64,000 nucleotides of DNA from Zygnema circumcarinatum SAG 698-1b (GCA_037447605.1 CM074811.1:2418001-2482000), one strand, 5' to 3'. Positions 25,572-38,156 are shown, counted from the first letter of the stretch. The notes: a model not told the origin generated them from the sequence alone. A program made the numbers and translations.

Positions 25572-27117
25572 TTACTTTAATTTTGCGAATATCTTTTCTG
25601 CAGCCTGCAGTTCCAAAACAGAACAATAAAAATTAATGCTTTACTTTATCCATCCACAAAGAGGCAAGCTTACTTCTAAAACTGCACACCATCCACTCGT
25701 AATCAGTCTAGCACGGATTTGCCTGACAATGACGAACATTCACGGGCAAATCACAATACATGAAAACACAGGCACCTACTGTGCTGAACTGTGCTATCCC
25801 GCGAATGGTGTTGTGCAATGCCACCACACCTGAAAGTTCCTATCTGAAAAAGGGAGCTCAGGACCACGGTTCTCCGGACAAAGGGACGACTGGTCGACTA
25901 AGTTGCTTTGACAAGGACACTAGTTCTGTTTGAGGACCTTTCCCCTTTGGACAATTGCAGGACCAAACTTGCAAGATTAATGTGAAACATTTTTCGTTAA
26001 TCCTGCTAAGACAACTTCCTCGAGACTTTGATATAAAAAACAACGCATACAAAAAATAGAAACGTACAAAGATGCAACAAATGGAAAGGAAGGCCATCTA
26101 GTTAAGCAAGGTCTACAAGATACTCACGCATTTATCAATGCAGCCCCAATAGTCAAAGTACTGTCCAGTGCAATGCGCTTCCCCGGTTTGGTCATTCTCG
26201 ATTCGTTTCATACAAGCCTGTAGCAGGAAGGTGGTCATATGAGGCAAGGAAAATCATCCGCAACACTTACTTTGATTCTCCATTGACTGTTCCTACATCT
26301 GTCCAAGCAAAGTATGAAAACTGACACACAAGCGACCACCTTTCAAAAAAGCGCAAGTTTAGATGCAGCTTATGCAGCAAAGCTGCAATACAAAAAAAAA
26401 CCGCCTGAAACCTTAACCTCACAGGCTCCATTCTCTAAGACAAAGATAAGCTTCGCGCTTCCTCTCAGCATTCAGTTCAGATCCATAAACTCTTTGATCA
26501 TGAACACTTTCAGTGATGATCTCCATTATTTGACTAAACTACAGTCCTTCACGTCGAGGACGATAACCCTTTTGGGCAATTTCCATCCAGCAAATCAGCT
26601 CGATCATCACATTCCAAAGATTCCTCAAAGAATCCTTCTCTGTAAGATGGACGACACGCTGATGACGTGAAGCAGTGCTAGAAAGCGGCGGGTTGAAAGT
26701 AACAACACCAAGCACCAACGAGAATGCAAAAGGCTACGTCCATGCTTAATATCCCGAAGTCGGCATGCCACCACGCATTTTTGTGCATTCCCGATACAAG
26801 TAAGACGCTTGTGTTCTATCTATTAGGTCGCTTAGCAGCGCCAACCCTAACGGTAGCAGCTCCTCTTAGCTCCTCCTCACCTGGTAGGCCAAAAGCTGCT
26901 TCACGCATTTCGGCTTGCAGTTCTCTTCGATCTCAGGCTTCATATCAACCGGCTCCTCATCCGCCCTGCGTCAACAAGCACCCTTAAACCGTTCAGCCCT
27001 AAAAAAAATCGACTGAGTACAACCATAATCTTGTCGCATCGTTTGCAAATCTCACACTTCTCCCAATTCCTTCATATCAGCCACATTCAGACACAGCGAA
27101 AATCGGCTCCCTCACAT
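25572..27117 (-). CDS. QCR6: Cytochrome b-c1 complex subunit 6 (hinge protein), 69 aa
   Basis: Exons 27117-27116 (AT), 26965-26881, 26217-26128 and 25604-25572 give MADEEPVDMKPEIEENCKPKCVKQLLAYQACMKRIENDQTGEAHCTGQYFDYWGCIDKCAAEKIFAKLK*, with the hinge-protein Cys pattern. It is absent from the ORF track because the exons are short. Confidence 0.95.
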
Positions 27118-28560
27118 GATGCTGCAGCCAGATGCCCTCAAATCTGCCTCTTTCCCTGCTCCCGAGCTCGCAGTCTGTGAGGGAGGCCGGGAGGGAGGAG
27201 AACGCTCAAGGCCTCGCCCGTAGGGTTGGAGGCACGGGCGTGCCCGGGGGCAAGAAAAACTGGAATTGTAACTGGTCGGGTTTTAACTGCTCTATGTGGT
27301 CACGTCACGGGCATGACAAGGGGCACGAATCAACCCTACCGGATTTCTGACGACTTTTGGGGTGCAAGGAACACGATGACGTCATTTTGGTTTCTTTTTG
27401 GAATCTCCTTGTAATTTGTGTTTCGGTGATAAACCAGAATTTGTAGTGACCCAGGTATGTCTGCATGGGTTGTGCCATGCATGGTCTGTTAATGCAGGAG
27501 TGCACGAGACATAGACATCGCGTGGCATACATAAAGCGCCTGCAAGAATTCCACATTCAATGTTCAAAATTCGCAAGAGCCTCATCTCTTTTGCACCGAA
27601 GCCAATGAGCAATGCTACACAACGAAAAGGATCTAGAAACGCTCGAGCTGCCTCAAGTGCGCCTCAGCATAATTCAAGCGAGAAAACGAGGGCAACCGTG
27701 CCAGGTCCTACTGGTGGGCCTCGTTAGGCCACAAAATGTAAAAAGTGTACGTCACCTAAAACATTGCCTCCCACTTGTTCCAACTTATGGGTGGGACATT
27801 GCTTACATGGATTCAATTGAGAATTAAGGCATGCCTACGGTACTGACATAAATCCTCTGAAGAACAAATACGTACTACTGCGCCGACAACTACGTCTGCA
27901 ACCTGCAACTCTCTCTCTCTCTCGCTCTGTGCATAACTTCCACGACTCTTTGTGCTGCTGATCGAGAGAAGAACGTGAAGACCCGGCTAAGAGCAGCACT
28001 TGACGGCTTCAACAATGTACCCCAGCATTGTACTTCGTAGCACTTATATGGTGGCGGAGAAGGTTCAACTGTTCTTATGTCAACAAACCTGAGGCCGAAT
28101 GGTGATATAAGGACAGCCCAACCACATGATGGCCAAAGGGGGGTCTCCTCAGGTTGCTCTCAACGACCTAGATCCGTCCGTACTCTCCCTTGTACTCAGG
28201 AAACAACTGTCTCTATGCGTTGCAGTTCTGCCCACATCCGCCGGAGGTGGTGCAACCACAGCTGATGGGCATTGGGTGCATGAAGGGCATTGTGACAGAA
28301 GGGAGTGGGAGAGGTCACAGGGTGAATTCCCGTGCCTTTGGGAGTTCGAGAGGGGACTTCTCTCAACTGCAGTTCTACCGCCTCCAAAGAGATGCTGCTT
28401 CAAAGTAGGTCAAGGCGGTGAAGCTGCAGTTCCCTGAACTACATCACCATGGAGTAGAAGAGGATGAAAAATCCCCTGTCACAGAAGGAGGGAAACGTTG
28501 GGTCTGTGGCAGAGGCAAGAAATGCCCTTGGACAGAGGTGAGTCCTCGTGGAAATTTGCA

Positions 28561-31500
28561 TCAGCGCATAAGGCTCATCGCTTCAACCTCTTGCTCTGTT
28601 ACATCGTCCTTTGTTTGGGCCGCTTCCCCCTGTGGTTTAGACTCCTTGGCTCGTTTCTTTCCAGGAAACTCAGGCCACACTTTCTTGCTTGTTTCCTCAT
28701 CCTCTTCATCAGCATCTGTGTCTGCCTCCTGATCAGCTTCGCTCACTCCCTCCTGTTCGCCTGCACTGTCTTCTTCTTCATTCGAACTTTCCTCTTCGTT
28801 ATCTGCCTTCCCCTTCTTCTTCCCCAACATCAGCCATGGCAGTCTCTTCTTTCGCTTCTCCAATACCCCTCCTGTCACACCCTCTTCGTCATCTGCACTT
28901 GCGTCCTTTTCCTTCGCTTCAGCCGGCCATGTCAGCCTCTTGTTCTTCTTCTCCGATTCCACTTCTGCAGCATCCCCTTCTTTCACTGCCTTAACAGGTT
29001 TCTCTTCTACATGCACCTCCTCCACAACATCCTTCCCTTCTACGATCGCCGCCTTAGCTTCAGCAGCTTCTACTTCCACACTCTGACTCTCTTCCTTCTC
29101 CTCCACCTTACCATCATTTCCACTCTGCATTGTTGTATCACCAGCCCCACCAGTACTCCCGCTTGCTGAATCTTCCACCGTGCTGCTGTTAGATGCATTC
29201 TTCCCGCCATCTCCGCCCCCTTGATCCCCACCTTTCCCTACTCTGTTCACATGCTTCACTCGCGGCCATGATCGAACCTTCCGGAAAGCCCAATGGCGGT
29301 TTCTCCGGCAGCCCTCCCGTGTAAGGCTGCAGGGAGGGCAGTCGGAGGGGGAGGGGGGGAGAGGCGGCAAATGAAAGCCGCTGCGCTCTTGGCAGGCGGT
29401 GCACTTCAGGCGGTGGTCATGGCAGACTGCACCCACAGGGAGGGGAGTGGGCTCTACTGGCCGGTGAGGGAGGGAGTGAGGGAGGGAGGGAGGGAGTGAG
29501 GGAGTGAGGGAGTGAGGGAGTGAGGGAGTGAGGGAGGTTAAGTGGCTAGAGCAATTGGGGAAGGGAAGGGAGTCCTGAGAGAAGTAGAAAACTGGGAAGC
29601 TCTACAACCTTGATAGGGGGGGAGAAGGAGGGGGGGAGTGAGGGTGACAACAGGGAGGTTGTCTTACTTTGAATACAGGGGTCCCGTATCGTGAGCAGTC
29701 CTAATTTCGCCATTTTATTCACCACAGCATACTCCCGTTTGTCACGCTCCTCATCCACAGGCCTTGCACAGGAGTCGTAGTATTGGTAGCTCACGTTTTG
29801 CTCATGATATGCCTGCAGGCCGGACGTAAGAAAAAAGCCTTTAGCTTTACATGTGATATAATCCAACTTACTGTCAATGTTCACGACAACGTGGCAATCA
29901 TTTCAAGGATTAAGGAGGAGGAAACCATACGCTCTCCTGAGACGAAGCAATAATCTGATTTCTTTCACATCAATGCTGCAGTGTCAAAACTGGAAGCAAC
30001 ACATCATACGCCCACACGTACAGGTCTACAATTCACGTAAGCGAGGAGCAGTACAACCAGTCCACCATTGCTAAGCCGATGAAACTACTGTAAAATTGGC
30101 AGAGAAACTCACATGAAAGCCATAAAGGTTCACTTCCGCGCAGCGCTGCAGTGCAAGGATTATTCCCAGAAAGCCCACAGAAGGCAAAAAATCGAACGAA
30201 GTGGCCACATATCGTACGAAGTCAGGACTTAGCCCCAACAACCGCATGCGAGGGAAACGCTGCCGCACGCGGACGAGGGCCACAAGGGCAGAGCGAGTGC
30301 GCAAAGGGACCAACACCATCTCTGAATACTGCTCAAAGTAACCCCAATTCTGGGCATTGGTGATGCGGACTGTGGTCTTATTACCCACGTTCTCATCATA
30401 CCCTTCTCGTGGAGCACTGTTGAAGCGCATAACAAGGTCATGCTCATCGATTTCTTTCCCCTGTTTGTAGTGGAGCAAGATTCCGGACGAGCCTACAATG
30501 GCACATCGGTTGTAGACTTTGCCTGCTGAGAGAGGGTCGCGTGCTGCATTACAGAAGGATACACGGGAGAAAGTTTACAAATTATTGCATCAATTAGTAT
30601 GTCGATTGAGAAATTTAAGTGTTTATAAGCTCTCGATGAGTAGCACTTCCAAAAAAAATTCCCAGTACTGGACCTCTGCATGTTAGGTTCGCACTCACCG
30701 TCATGCATGACAAAAGCTCTATTAGCCCTACCGCACCCTCAAAAATTCTTGTTGTAAGCTTTTTAGAAACCCTGGGGTGGAACATAGATCTCCTGAGCAG
30801 CTTCCTGCTTGATAACAGTCCCAGTCTATGACCTGAAAACTAACTGGACCCTGAATGCAAAAACGGGCCTATCAGATGAGGTCCAAAGGACAAAAAGCGG
30901 GAGAAAACAAAAGCTGCAAGTAGTCTATACATTTACCGTAGCCATTGAGACGATAGGATCTCTCGGCCTTTATGCAAGTGCACTCTTGGTGATATTAGAA
31001 ACTTGATGACAGATATTCTATGATTGCCGCAAACCTTGACAGCTGCACTCACATGCTACATTTGCATGTTGCTTCAATGGCTATAGAGTAATCGCCCTAT
31101 GTAAATACCATTTGTTAATTGCTTGGAGACGTTAAGAGTGAGGGGAAAAGAAATCCCTTCCGTGTGCACCTAAATTCTGAGTCCAGGGTTTGTAGAGGGC
31201 TCAGCAACCCATTCACCAGGCTAAATGTGAAACGTTGTAACTGCGTGTCCCTGCCGTAAAGGTAATGCAAGCTTTTTAAGAAAAAGTAGAACTATCGTAC
31301 CAGGAAGATTCTCAATGAGATCGGTACTCACTGAACCGAGCACACGCTGCCCCTTGTCGGGATCATGCACCTTCTCTGGCAGGTAGGCTACAATCCACTT
31401 GTGGGCCTCCACAGTGCGTCGATTTAGGGTTATGTCTCCCACGTATTTGGGTTCCATCTTATAAAGAGCTCCCTTTTTTGGAAGATCGATGCCTTTCTGG

Positions 31501-32317
31501 CACAAGCCACACTCTTTACGTCAGTCGGCCTATTTAAGACACCAACCGTCTCAAACAATTATTTAGAAAGACTTCTCTGTCTGTTTCTTTTTCAAACAGC
31601 AATTGCAAGATGGTAATGTGACCACGTAAACGGTTCCAGAGGTATGCCGCCAAAGTTACAGACAAGTCCTTAGAAATTGGCAGAGGGGCGAAAAAAATCA
31701 CTACAGCATTATCATCCTCTAACTCCTTCTTTCACTCGGTGACATTCTTTACAAACATAAGAAACATTCCTTCAAAAGTACATATGCACCCGATCACTCA
31801 AAACCTTGCCTAACATTTCCAATGCAACTACACATTCCCACCTTCCAAAAAATAAAATATTCAGCAAAGAGGCACTCACAAGGCAACCCGTTCCATTGTA
31901 CAGCACAGGGCAGATGCACTGCCCCCGTTTGCATTCTCCCCAACCATGGCGTCCGCAAAGTGGAGAACACCCGGGAGGCGCAGGCTGCGCGGCACGCGGC
32001 GGCGTAAGTTCCACCTTCACTTCCTTAACCACCTCCTTCTTACCCAACGTTTGCGACGCATTTGCCATCCTCCACACCTCTCCCACCAGGGAGGCATCCA
32101 GCGGCTCCTGGTTGTCCGGCAGGGCAATGGGCTCCCTGAAGCCCCTCCGCATCACGGACTCCAGGGCGAGCTCTACCCCATCCTCGTCCACTGCCGCAGC
32201 AGTCATCTGCTGCGCGCTGCGGCGCGAGGAGGGAAGCACATTGCTCACGTCGGGAAGCCACAGCGCCGCCAGCACAAGGACTGCGCACGCCACAAACAGC
32301 GTCCTCCCGCTCGCCAT
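28561..32317 (-). CDS. GT29 sialyltransferase-like glycosyltransferase with EGF-like stem and long acidic C-terminal extension
   Basis: N-terminal signal-anchor MASGRTLFVACAVLVLAALWL; Cys module CSPLCGRHGWGECKRGQCICPVLYNGTGC; sialylmotif L RCAIVGSSGILL...GKEIDEHDLVMRFNSAP..GY..NVGNKTTVR; motif S PSVGFLGIILALQRCAEVNLYGF. The last exon (about 29436-28561) is low-complexity. One internal exon near 30730-30825 is uncertain. Confidence 0.85.
29470..29536. repeat. (GAGTGAGG)n/(GAGG)n microsatellite in GT29 intron
   Basis: Directly visible tandem units. Confidence 0.8.
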
Positions 32318-32524
32318 GGCTGCCGCCCCTCCCTCCCTCCTCCCCCCGCCCCTCCCTCCCCTCCTGCCGCCACGTGTCCCCTCGCTGGAGCGTCCATAGA
32401 AGCGCCCTCGCCCTCGCCCGCGCGAGAGGCCCTGGCACTGTGCCAAACTGGGACCGTACAACATCCGTATTGTACAGTACTTTTTTCCGCTGTGCAGGCC
32501 TGTAGCACAAGATAAGTGGGGTTA

Positions 32525-32827
32525 AGAGGAGACTGATGAGCTAGTTGCAGGTGCTGTACGGCCACTCGCGCGTCCGTGCTGAAACTGATGAAGGGTTGTG
32601 TTGGTCCTGTGGGTCTGCCTGCAGCATAGAGCCAGGATCCGGGAGATTCAGAGGTACGCGCAGCGGAAGACGTAGGGATCCTGAAGATGTTCCCACCGGC
32701 GGCTGGACTCGATGCGCAAAGAGCCCTTCCTTGGGGGCTCTCTTCCCCTGTCCTCTCCTCGGCTAGTCTCTTAGCTAGGCTTCTAGTTATCATTGGTCAT
32801 TGGGAGGGATGCAAGGCAGGATAGGAA
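32525..32827. repeat. About 300-bp direct repeat of 36127..36424 (5' end of the gag frame)
   Basis: Near-identical sequence (one visible internal mismatch, gactgAtgag vs gactgCtgag). Both copies abut N-gaps on their inner side, and both encode MITRSLAKRLAEERT... on the - strand. Confidence 0.85.
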
Positions 32828-33323
32828 NNNNNNNNNNGTCTGCTCCTCCTCATCGGGATCGTCAGTTTCCTCCTCAGGCATGGATCCCAAGGGATGACCT
32901 GTGGAAGGAGGGAGGACTGAAGTTCTCCGGACAAGGGTGGCGACCGGTGGAGCCGTGCTAGAGGAGCTGGCGCCGTTGACATTGGCAGGGAGGAAGGGCA
33001 GGGGATGAGCATGAGGATCGCTTTGGTTGACAGGGAGCCTGCGCAAGGCAGTTGCAATCTCGGCGATCCTGGCTTGAGCACCCTCTTCAGAATTGATGGG
33101 TGATTCAGACCAAGCCGGCTGTAATGCCGCGGCAATCTGTGCAGTGCGGGCGCGGGCAGCCAGATCGGGCTCGGCCCCTAATGCGTTTGTCAAGGAAGGG
33201 GACTCCATGGGGTGCAGATGTATCGGCGGACGTTGTGTTGATGTATAGGGTACATCAAGGTGTTGGTACTTAGTTCCTAGCATGGATGTTGTCCGGGACA
33301 TCAATGTGGTGGTATAGGGACAA

Positions 33324-34399
33324 TGTCATGTATGAATGGTCATGTTTGGTGTAGGACCGAACATGGGGGGTGCCTGTATCGTTAGGGCATGGTACGGCAG
33401 GTCTAGGGAAGGTCTAGGGTCGTGGAATTACGGCTTAGGCTTAGATCGTACCAAAGGGGGTGCATGGAATGTGCTTGAACAAAAAGGAGCGCGGCCGTAC
33501 GGACGGCGCGCGACTGTACGGACGACGCGAAACGAATGGACGCGAAGATATTTGGCGCGAGAGGCGGATCTGCACGAAGCGACATGATTGGTCGCGCCAG
33601 CGTGCAGATAGCGACGCAGTCTTCGGGCGTGACGTGACGCGGAAGTCGGTTGAGAGACTGAAGATGTCGGCAGCGAATGAGGAGGCGGCACGTGGCACTG
33701 TTTGGACCCGTAGTGCGGTCCGCGGCTCTGACGAGGTCAACTGAGAAGGGGACCGAGTCAGCACTTGGGCGGGCGGCGGATATGTACGGCTGGGCGGCGG
33801 ACGTGTACGGCCGGGCGGCGGAACAGTACGGACGACCTTGCGTAGGTCGGTGCTGGCGTAGGTTTACGTGAGACCGCGAAGCTGGCTGTTGAATGCGTAG
33901 CTGGTTGTTGAACGGCTTGCTGGCTGTTGAATGCATGCGCTTGCTAGTGCGCCTGTGACGTGACATCGGGTGTCACGTCACGCCGGCCGCCATAGTTTAA
34001 GAGGGAGCAAGCTTGGCTCTCTCACTCACTCACTCTCTCTGAATGTTATGCTGCTCGACCGTTGTTGTAAAGGAAGAGTAGGCAGAGGCTGAGGCCTAGA
34101 GGAGTCCGGCCTTGTGTATGAAGGTCGTGAAGGAACTAGCTCTCATCATGCTAAGCTTTAGTGAAGAAGTTAGATGATGTGTCCCTCATGTGTTGAGGTA
34201 GAGGAGGAGTTCATGGAGGCGAGTAGTGCTTGGCTACTGCAGTTGGGGTGTAGGCTATCTATGAGAGGATAGAATAGTGCTCATGAGAGGAGGAGAATCT
34301 AGCATAAGGGATCTATGTAGATTTCATCAGGAGCTTGTATTACACTCATGGAGTTTAAGGAGTTTTAGGGCCGTGGGCTTTCTCCTTACTACTGTATCA
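33324..34399. mobile_element. Putative LTR of the retroelement remnant
   Basis: TG...CA termini preceded by AA and followed by TT; GC-rich block with G-box/TGACG motifs, then TTTAAG and a CT-rich tract. Only one copy is in the window and there is no TSD, so the call is tentative. Confidence 0.4.
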
Positions 34400-34561
34400 T
34401 TTGTCATGTGAGTCCTCGTGTTGGATTGACGTGGTGGATGAGTGGAGGCGACCATTGTATGGGCGGTGTGTTGCTCCACACGAGGAGATCATTGGAGGAG
34501 CGTGGAGTTGAGGAGCCGAGACCATGGAGGAGTTGAAGAAGTGCACTTGTAGGTGGGGTGT

Positions 34562-36393
34562 TTAGTTGTCCGCTGTGCGCACCTGGCGAGAGGTGGACGA
34601 GAAGGCATATCGTGGCGGAAGCGGTATGTGGCCCAAGGAGAAGAAAAAGAAAAGTTTTGAGCTCTGATACCCAGGGCATGTGTTGCCCTTTCCTTGTGTC
34701 TTTCCTTTCTTGCTGCCCCTTGCACCAACACGCTGCAGGATGGTATAAGCGGGTGAAGGAGGTGGAGGCAAGGGAAAGGGAGCCGGAGTTCTCGGTGGTG
34801 TGTGAATAGCCGGGAGCATGTCCATGAAGGTGATCTCTGCAGGTGAGGTCCTTGCAGCTGCCTCTTTCCCCTTTCGGGCCTTCTCACTTGAAAGTCTCCG
34901 CATGCACACATGGGCATCATGTCCCGTGATCTGGCAGAAGGTGCAGGTCCATGGTCCACAACGCAGCCGCGGATTATGATTCAGGCCGCATGCAAGGCAA
35001 ACGCCCTCTGGAACCCCTGCCTCTGTCATCCGACGGCGCAAATCGGCTCTGGCGGCTTCTCTCTCTTGGGTGTTCGATCGGAGTAAGGACCCCGATATCC
35101 TGGACGAGAAACATCGGGTATGTGAGGATTCACCGACGGCTCAATGGGATGCGCAGGATCATGAGGGTATGGGGAAAGGGGAAGGGGCTTGGTCGCGTTG
35201 GCTATAGCCAGAGGCTGCACCACAGGGGCTGCCCGGACGTCCTGAGCAGGGATGCCGGAGAAAGACAGCTTGTTCCTAGAAGATGTAGCGTAGGGATCAT
35301 ACAACTGCTGATTCTGTGACTTCAGGAACTGCTGGTAGAGTCGATCTTGTCGTGGATCTGTAGCGTTCATGTAATGTGGTCGTACATGTCGGTTGCCTCT
35401 CTCTTGATCCTTCTGAATTCGCTCTGCCCTTTATAACAATGCCTGGGCATCTGCTAGTGGGTTGTCGCGCAGCTCACGATCCAGGTGGAGATCCTTCTAG
35501 CTGATGGCCTTGCGGAACCACTGGAGAACTTCGGGAAAGTCAGGCAAGTTCTCGATCGTATTTGCCATGCGCACGAAACGCTCAGTGAATTCGAACAGCC
35601 GCTCATCACTGTAGCACTCTATGTAGCGAAGTCGGTCTAGCACAGTGATTGGATCTGAAATCCAGCGTTGTCTGAAAGCTTGCTTAAATGTGTCCCTTGT
35701 CAGGTTGCCGACGACATCCGCTTTGTGCCAGTTTCGGGACAGCTTCCAGTTGACTGCCTCTCCTTCCAGCGCTCCAAGGGCCAGCTTGATCCACTGGTCT
35801 TCCTTCAGGTCTGCTTGCGCTGCCTTCTCCTCAAGATGTCTCAGCCAGGCTTCTGCATCTTCCTGCTTGCCGGTGAAACCTCTAGTGATGATGCCCGTGG
35901 TATCCCTCACCTCACTCTTTTCAGGAATCATGGCTATCAGTTTTGTCATCATCTCTTCCATCTTGCTGGGAAACTCAGATCTGACACGTGTGCTTCTCTG
36001 CAGGTTGGTGCGAAAGCTGGAGGGTCCTTGCGATCGTCCTGCCCTTGCCCCTGAAGCCGCTCGCCTGGGGCTGCCGGATGGGTAAGTTGTGAACGCCGGA
36101 GGTGAGGGTGTCTTCTNNNNNNNNNNAGGAGACTGCTGAGCTAGTTGCAGGTGCTGTACGGCCACTCGCGCGTCCGTGCTGAAACTGATGAAGGGTTGTG
36201 TTGGTCCTGTGGGTCTGCCTGCAGCATAGAGCCAGGATCCGGGAGATTCAGAGGTACGCGCAGCGGAAGACGTAGGGATCCTGAAGATGTTCCCACCGGC
36301 GGCTGGACTCGATGCGCAAAGAGCCCTTCCTTGGGGGCTCTCTTCCCCTGTCCTCTCCTCGGCTAGTCTCTTAGCTAGGCTTCTAGTTATCAT
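34562..36393 (-). pseudogene. Degenerate Ty3/gypsy-type gag (capsid + CCHC zinc knuckle), no pol in window
   Basis: FTGKQEDAEAWLRHLEE...ALGALEGEAVNW...FKQAFRQRW...EFTERFVRMANTI fits the retrotransposon capsid pattern; CTFCQITGHDAHVC is C-x2-C-x4-H-x4-C. In-frame TAG (about 35497) and TAA stops, a frameshift near 35030, and an N-gap at 36117..36126. Confidence 0.8.
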
Positions 36394-36617
36394 TGGTCAT
36401 TGGGAGGGATGCAAGGCAGGATAGAACAAGATGGTAGCTTGGCATAGTGACAGCAAAGGGAAAACAGGCCTCAATTTAGATAAAGGTTGTATTTTTGGAA
36501 GAAGTCACCCGGTACGTGATTTGGTACAGAGATGAATCATACAATGAAAGGATCTTCTCACTGAAATCTTTGTCTAGCTGGGCTGAATGGGACGTCTAAA
36601 TGCTATCAGCAAGAAGA

Positions 36618-36682
36618 CTCTTTCTCTCTTTCTCTCTCTCTCTCTCTCTATCTATGGCATGGAACTCTCTCTCTCTCTCACA
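36618..36682. repeat. (CT)n microsatellite tracts
   Basis: Directly visible. Confidence 0.75.
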
Positions 36683-37437
36683 CATAGCCTCATTCTTTGG
36701 GCGAAGAGGAAGAAGAGAAGAACAAGACAACAAACCACACAGCAAATACAAATACTAAGCCCAGCACTAAAAGACAAACAAGCATCACCGACATCCCATC
36801 TACCTAACACCGACAATAGATCTTGAGCCTTAGTAGTGATGATAGTCCGCGATTGACCCAGCGCCCCTTTGAGTGGCTGGTGACTGCGTGGAGCCCAGCC
36901 CGGATGAGTCAACTGATGACAATCGGCATCTTGCGGCTTCGAGGTGCGCCCTAGCTGGATGGTGTGCTGTCCCGTGGGCCGCCAACAAATGGCGCCGCCG
37001 TCTCGCATTTTCCGTCGGCAATTCCTGGATCAGGCCGGTCCGTGACACTGAATATGAACATGTCAAGTACAACTGAACGGGCGCGGATCCGTCGAACGCA
37101 GCTCCGTTACGCTACAGGCCTCTACGTTATTTAAGGGAATCCGTGTACGGAATCCTCTCAGTCCCATAAAACAATTCTTGTCCGTCCCATGTTTTGTTTC
37201 AAGGGACGAATAAAGGTGGTTGTAAAAAAAATAGACGATCACTGTTTACGGGAAGTACTGTCACGGCTGAAACCTCAGTAATACTGACGTTTCTGTGTCT
37301 TACATGCCATTTTTTCTCCCTCTCCCTCTCTCCCTTGTCCTCCCGTTTTCTTCTCACTCTGTCGTCCATCTGCAGATGTCGCCGTGGTAAGTGCCGCGAA
37401 TTTGAAGAATGAAATGCCGCAAAGGTGAAAAGCAAGG

Positions 37438-37660
37438 AAGGTGCTCAAGTTCCAGCACGACCATGAAGACCGATTCGGTCTTAAGGTCACTCCTCGGGAC
37501 CGGCAGCAGGCTTTGTGTCGTCTTGCGTGTGTCGTTTCTGCATCTTTTTTGGGCGAGGACAAAAGGTTGGCTGTAAGGGGCAATCTGCACCTCGTGTGAA
37601 GTATTTTGATTGTTTTCGAACGGACAATTATGTGCAGCATCTTAGTCTGCAGCATCCGTC
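37438..37660 (+). pseudogene. Frameshifted fragment of a DNA-transposon-type C2H2 zinc-finger N-terminus
   Basis: KVLKFQHDHEDRFGLKVTPRD, then a one-base frameshift to AAGFVSSCVCRFCIFFGRGQKVG...VKYFDCFRTDNYVQHLSLQHP (CxxC...HxxxxH). From memory it resembles transposase-associated proteins; not database-confirmed. Confidence 0.5.
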
Positions 37661-38156
37661 TCTGATAGTTAGATTGACATGAAGTTATTGGAGTGTGCTC
37701 TTTTGTTAAACAAAATCGTCATATAAGTAGTGTATTACAGAGCACATTGGTCGAGCTTGTACTGCGTGAGGGTGGGTTTCTTTCAGTAGTTTCTTTTCAT
37801 TGTATGTGATTAATTGAAGCTAGTGCCCTTAGTTGAACAAAATCGTCATATAAGTACTGTCGTGTACTACGAGCATTGGTCTGGCTTGTATTGGGTGAGG
37901 GTGGTTGTGCCACACCGTACTATACCGTACTTTTACCGTCTGGCTTCATACGGTCTCATACAGTACTGTACGGTTTCGTTTCGTACGGTATTTTCCGTAC
38001 TTATTGAGTTTCGCCGCAGCTTCTGGAAGCCGGAGTGGGAAAACCACGAGAGAGGAAGGAGCCCTGGAAAGGAGGGAGAGGAAGGACAAGGAGAGAGGAA
38101 GAAGGGGAGGAAAAGGAAGGAAAGGAGGAGGCTCTGTTTGTTGTTTTGGAGCTTAA

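Noticed and set aside
24426-25833. Several 60-97-aa ORFs between SGT1 and QCR6
   Set aside because: No motifs, and no consistent spliced frame could be built. Only 25572..25604 (QCR6 last exon) is supported.
4455-32317. Functional cluster idea: SPPPP-stalk RLK, SGT1 and GT29 as a glycosylation operon
   Set aside because: They are interleaved with unrelated mitochondrial genes on mixed strands, and nothing in the sequence shows co-regulation. Proximity alone is not evidence.
34660-34673. GGTATCAGAGC on the - strand resembling a tRNA-iMet primer-binding site
   Set aside because: It is not adjacent to an LTR end and lies within the gag frame (CPGYQSS). Probably coincidental.
36837-36916. C/D-box snoRNA-like spacing (TGATGA...CTGA, 80 nt)
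   Set aside because: There is no terminal stem, and the putative guide gives only 8 nt of complementarity to an 18S rRNA sequence recalled from memory. Insufficient.
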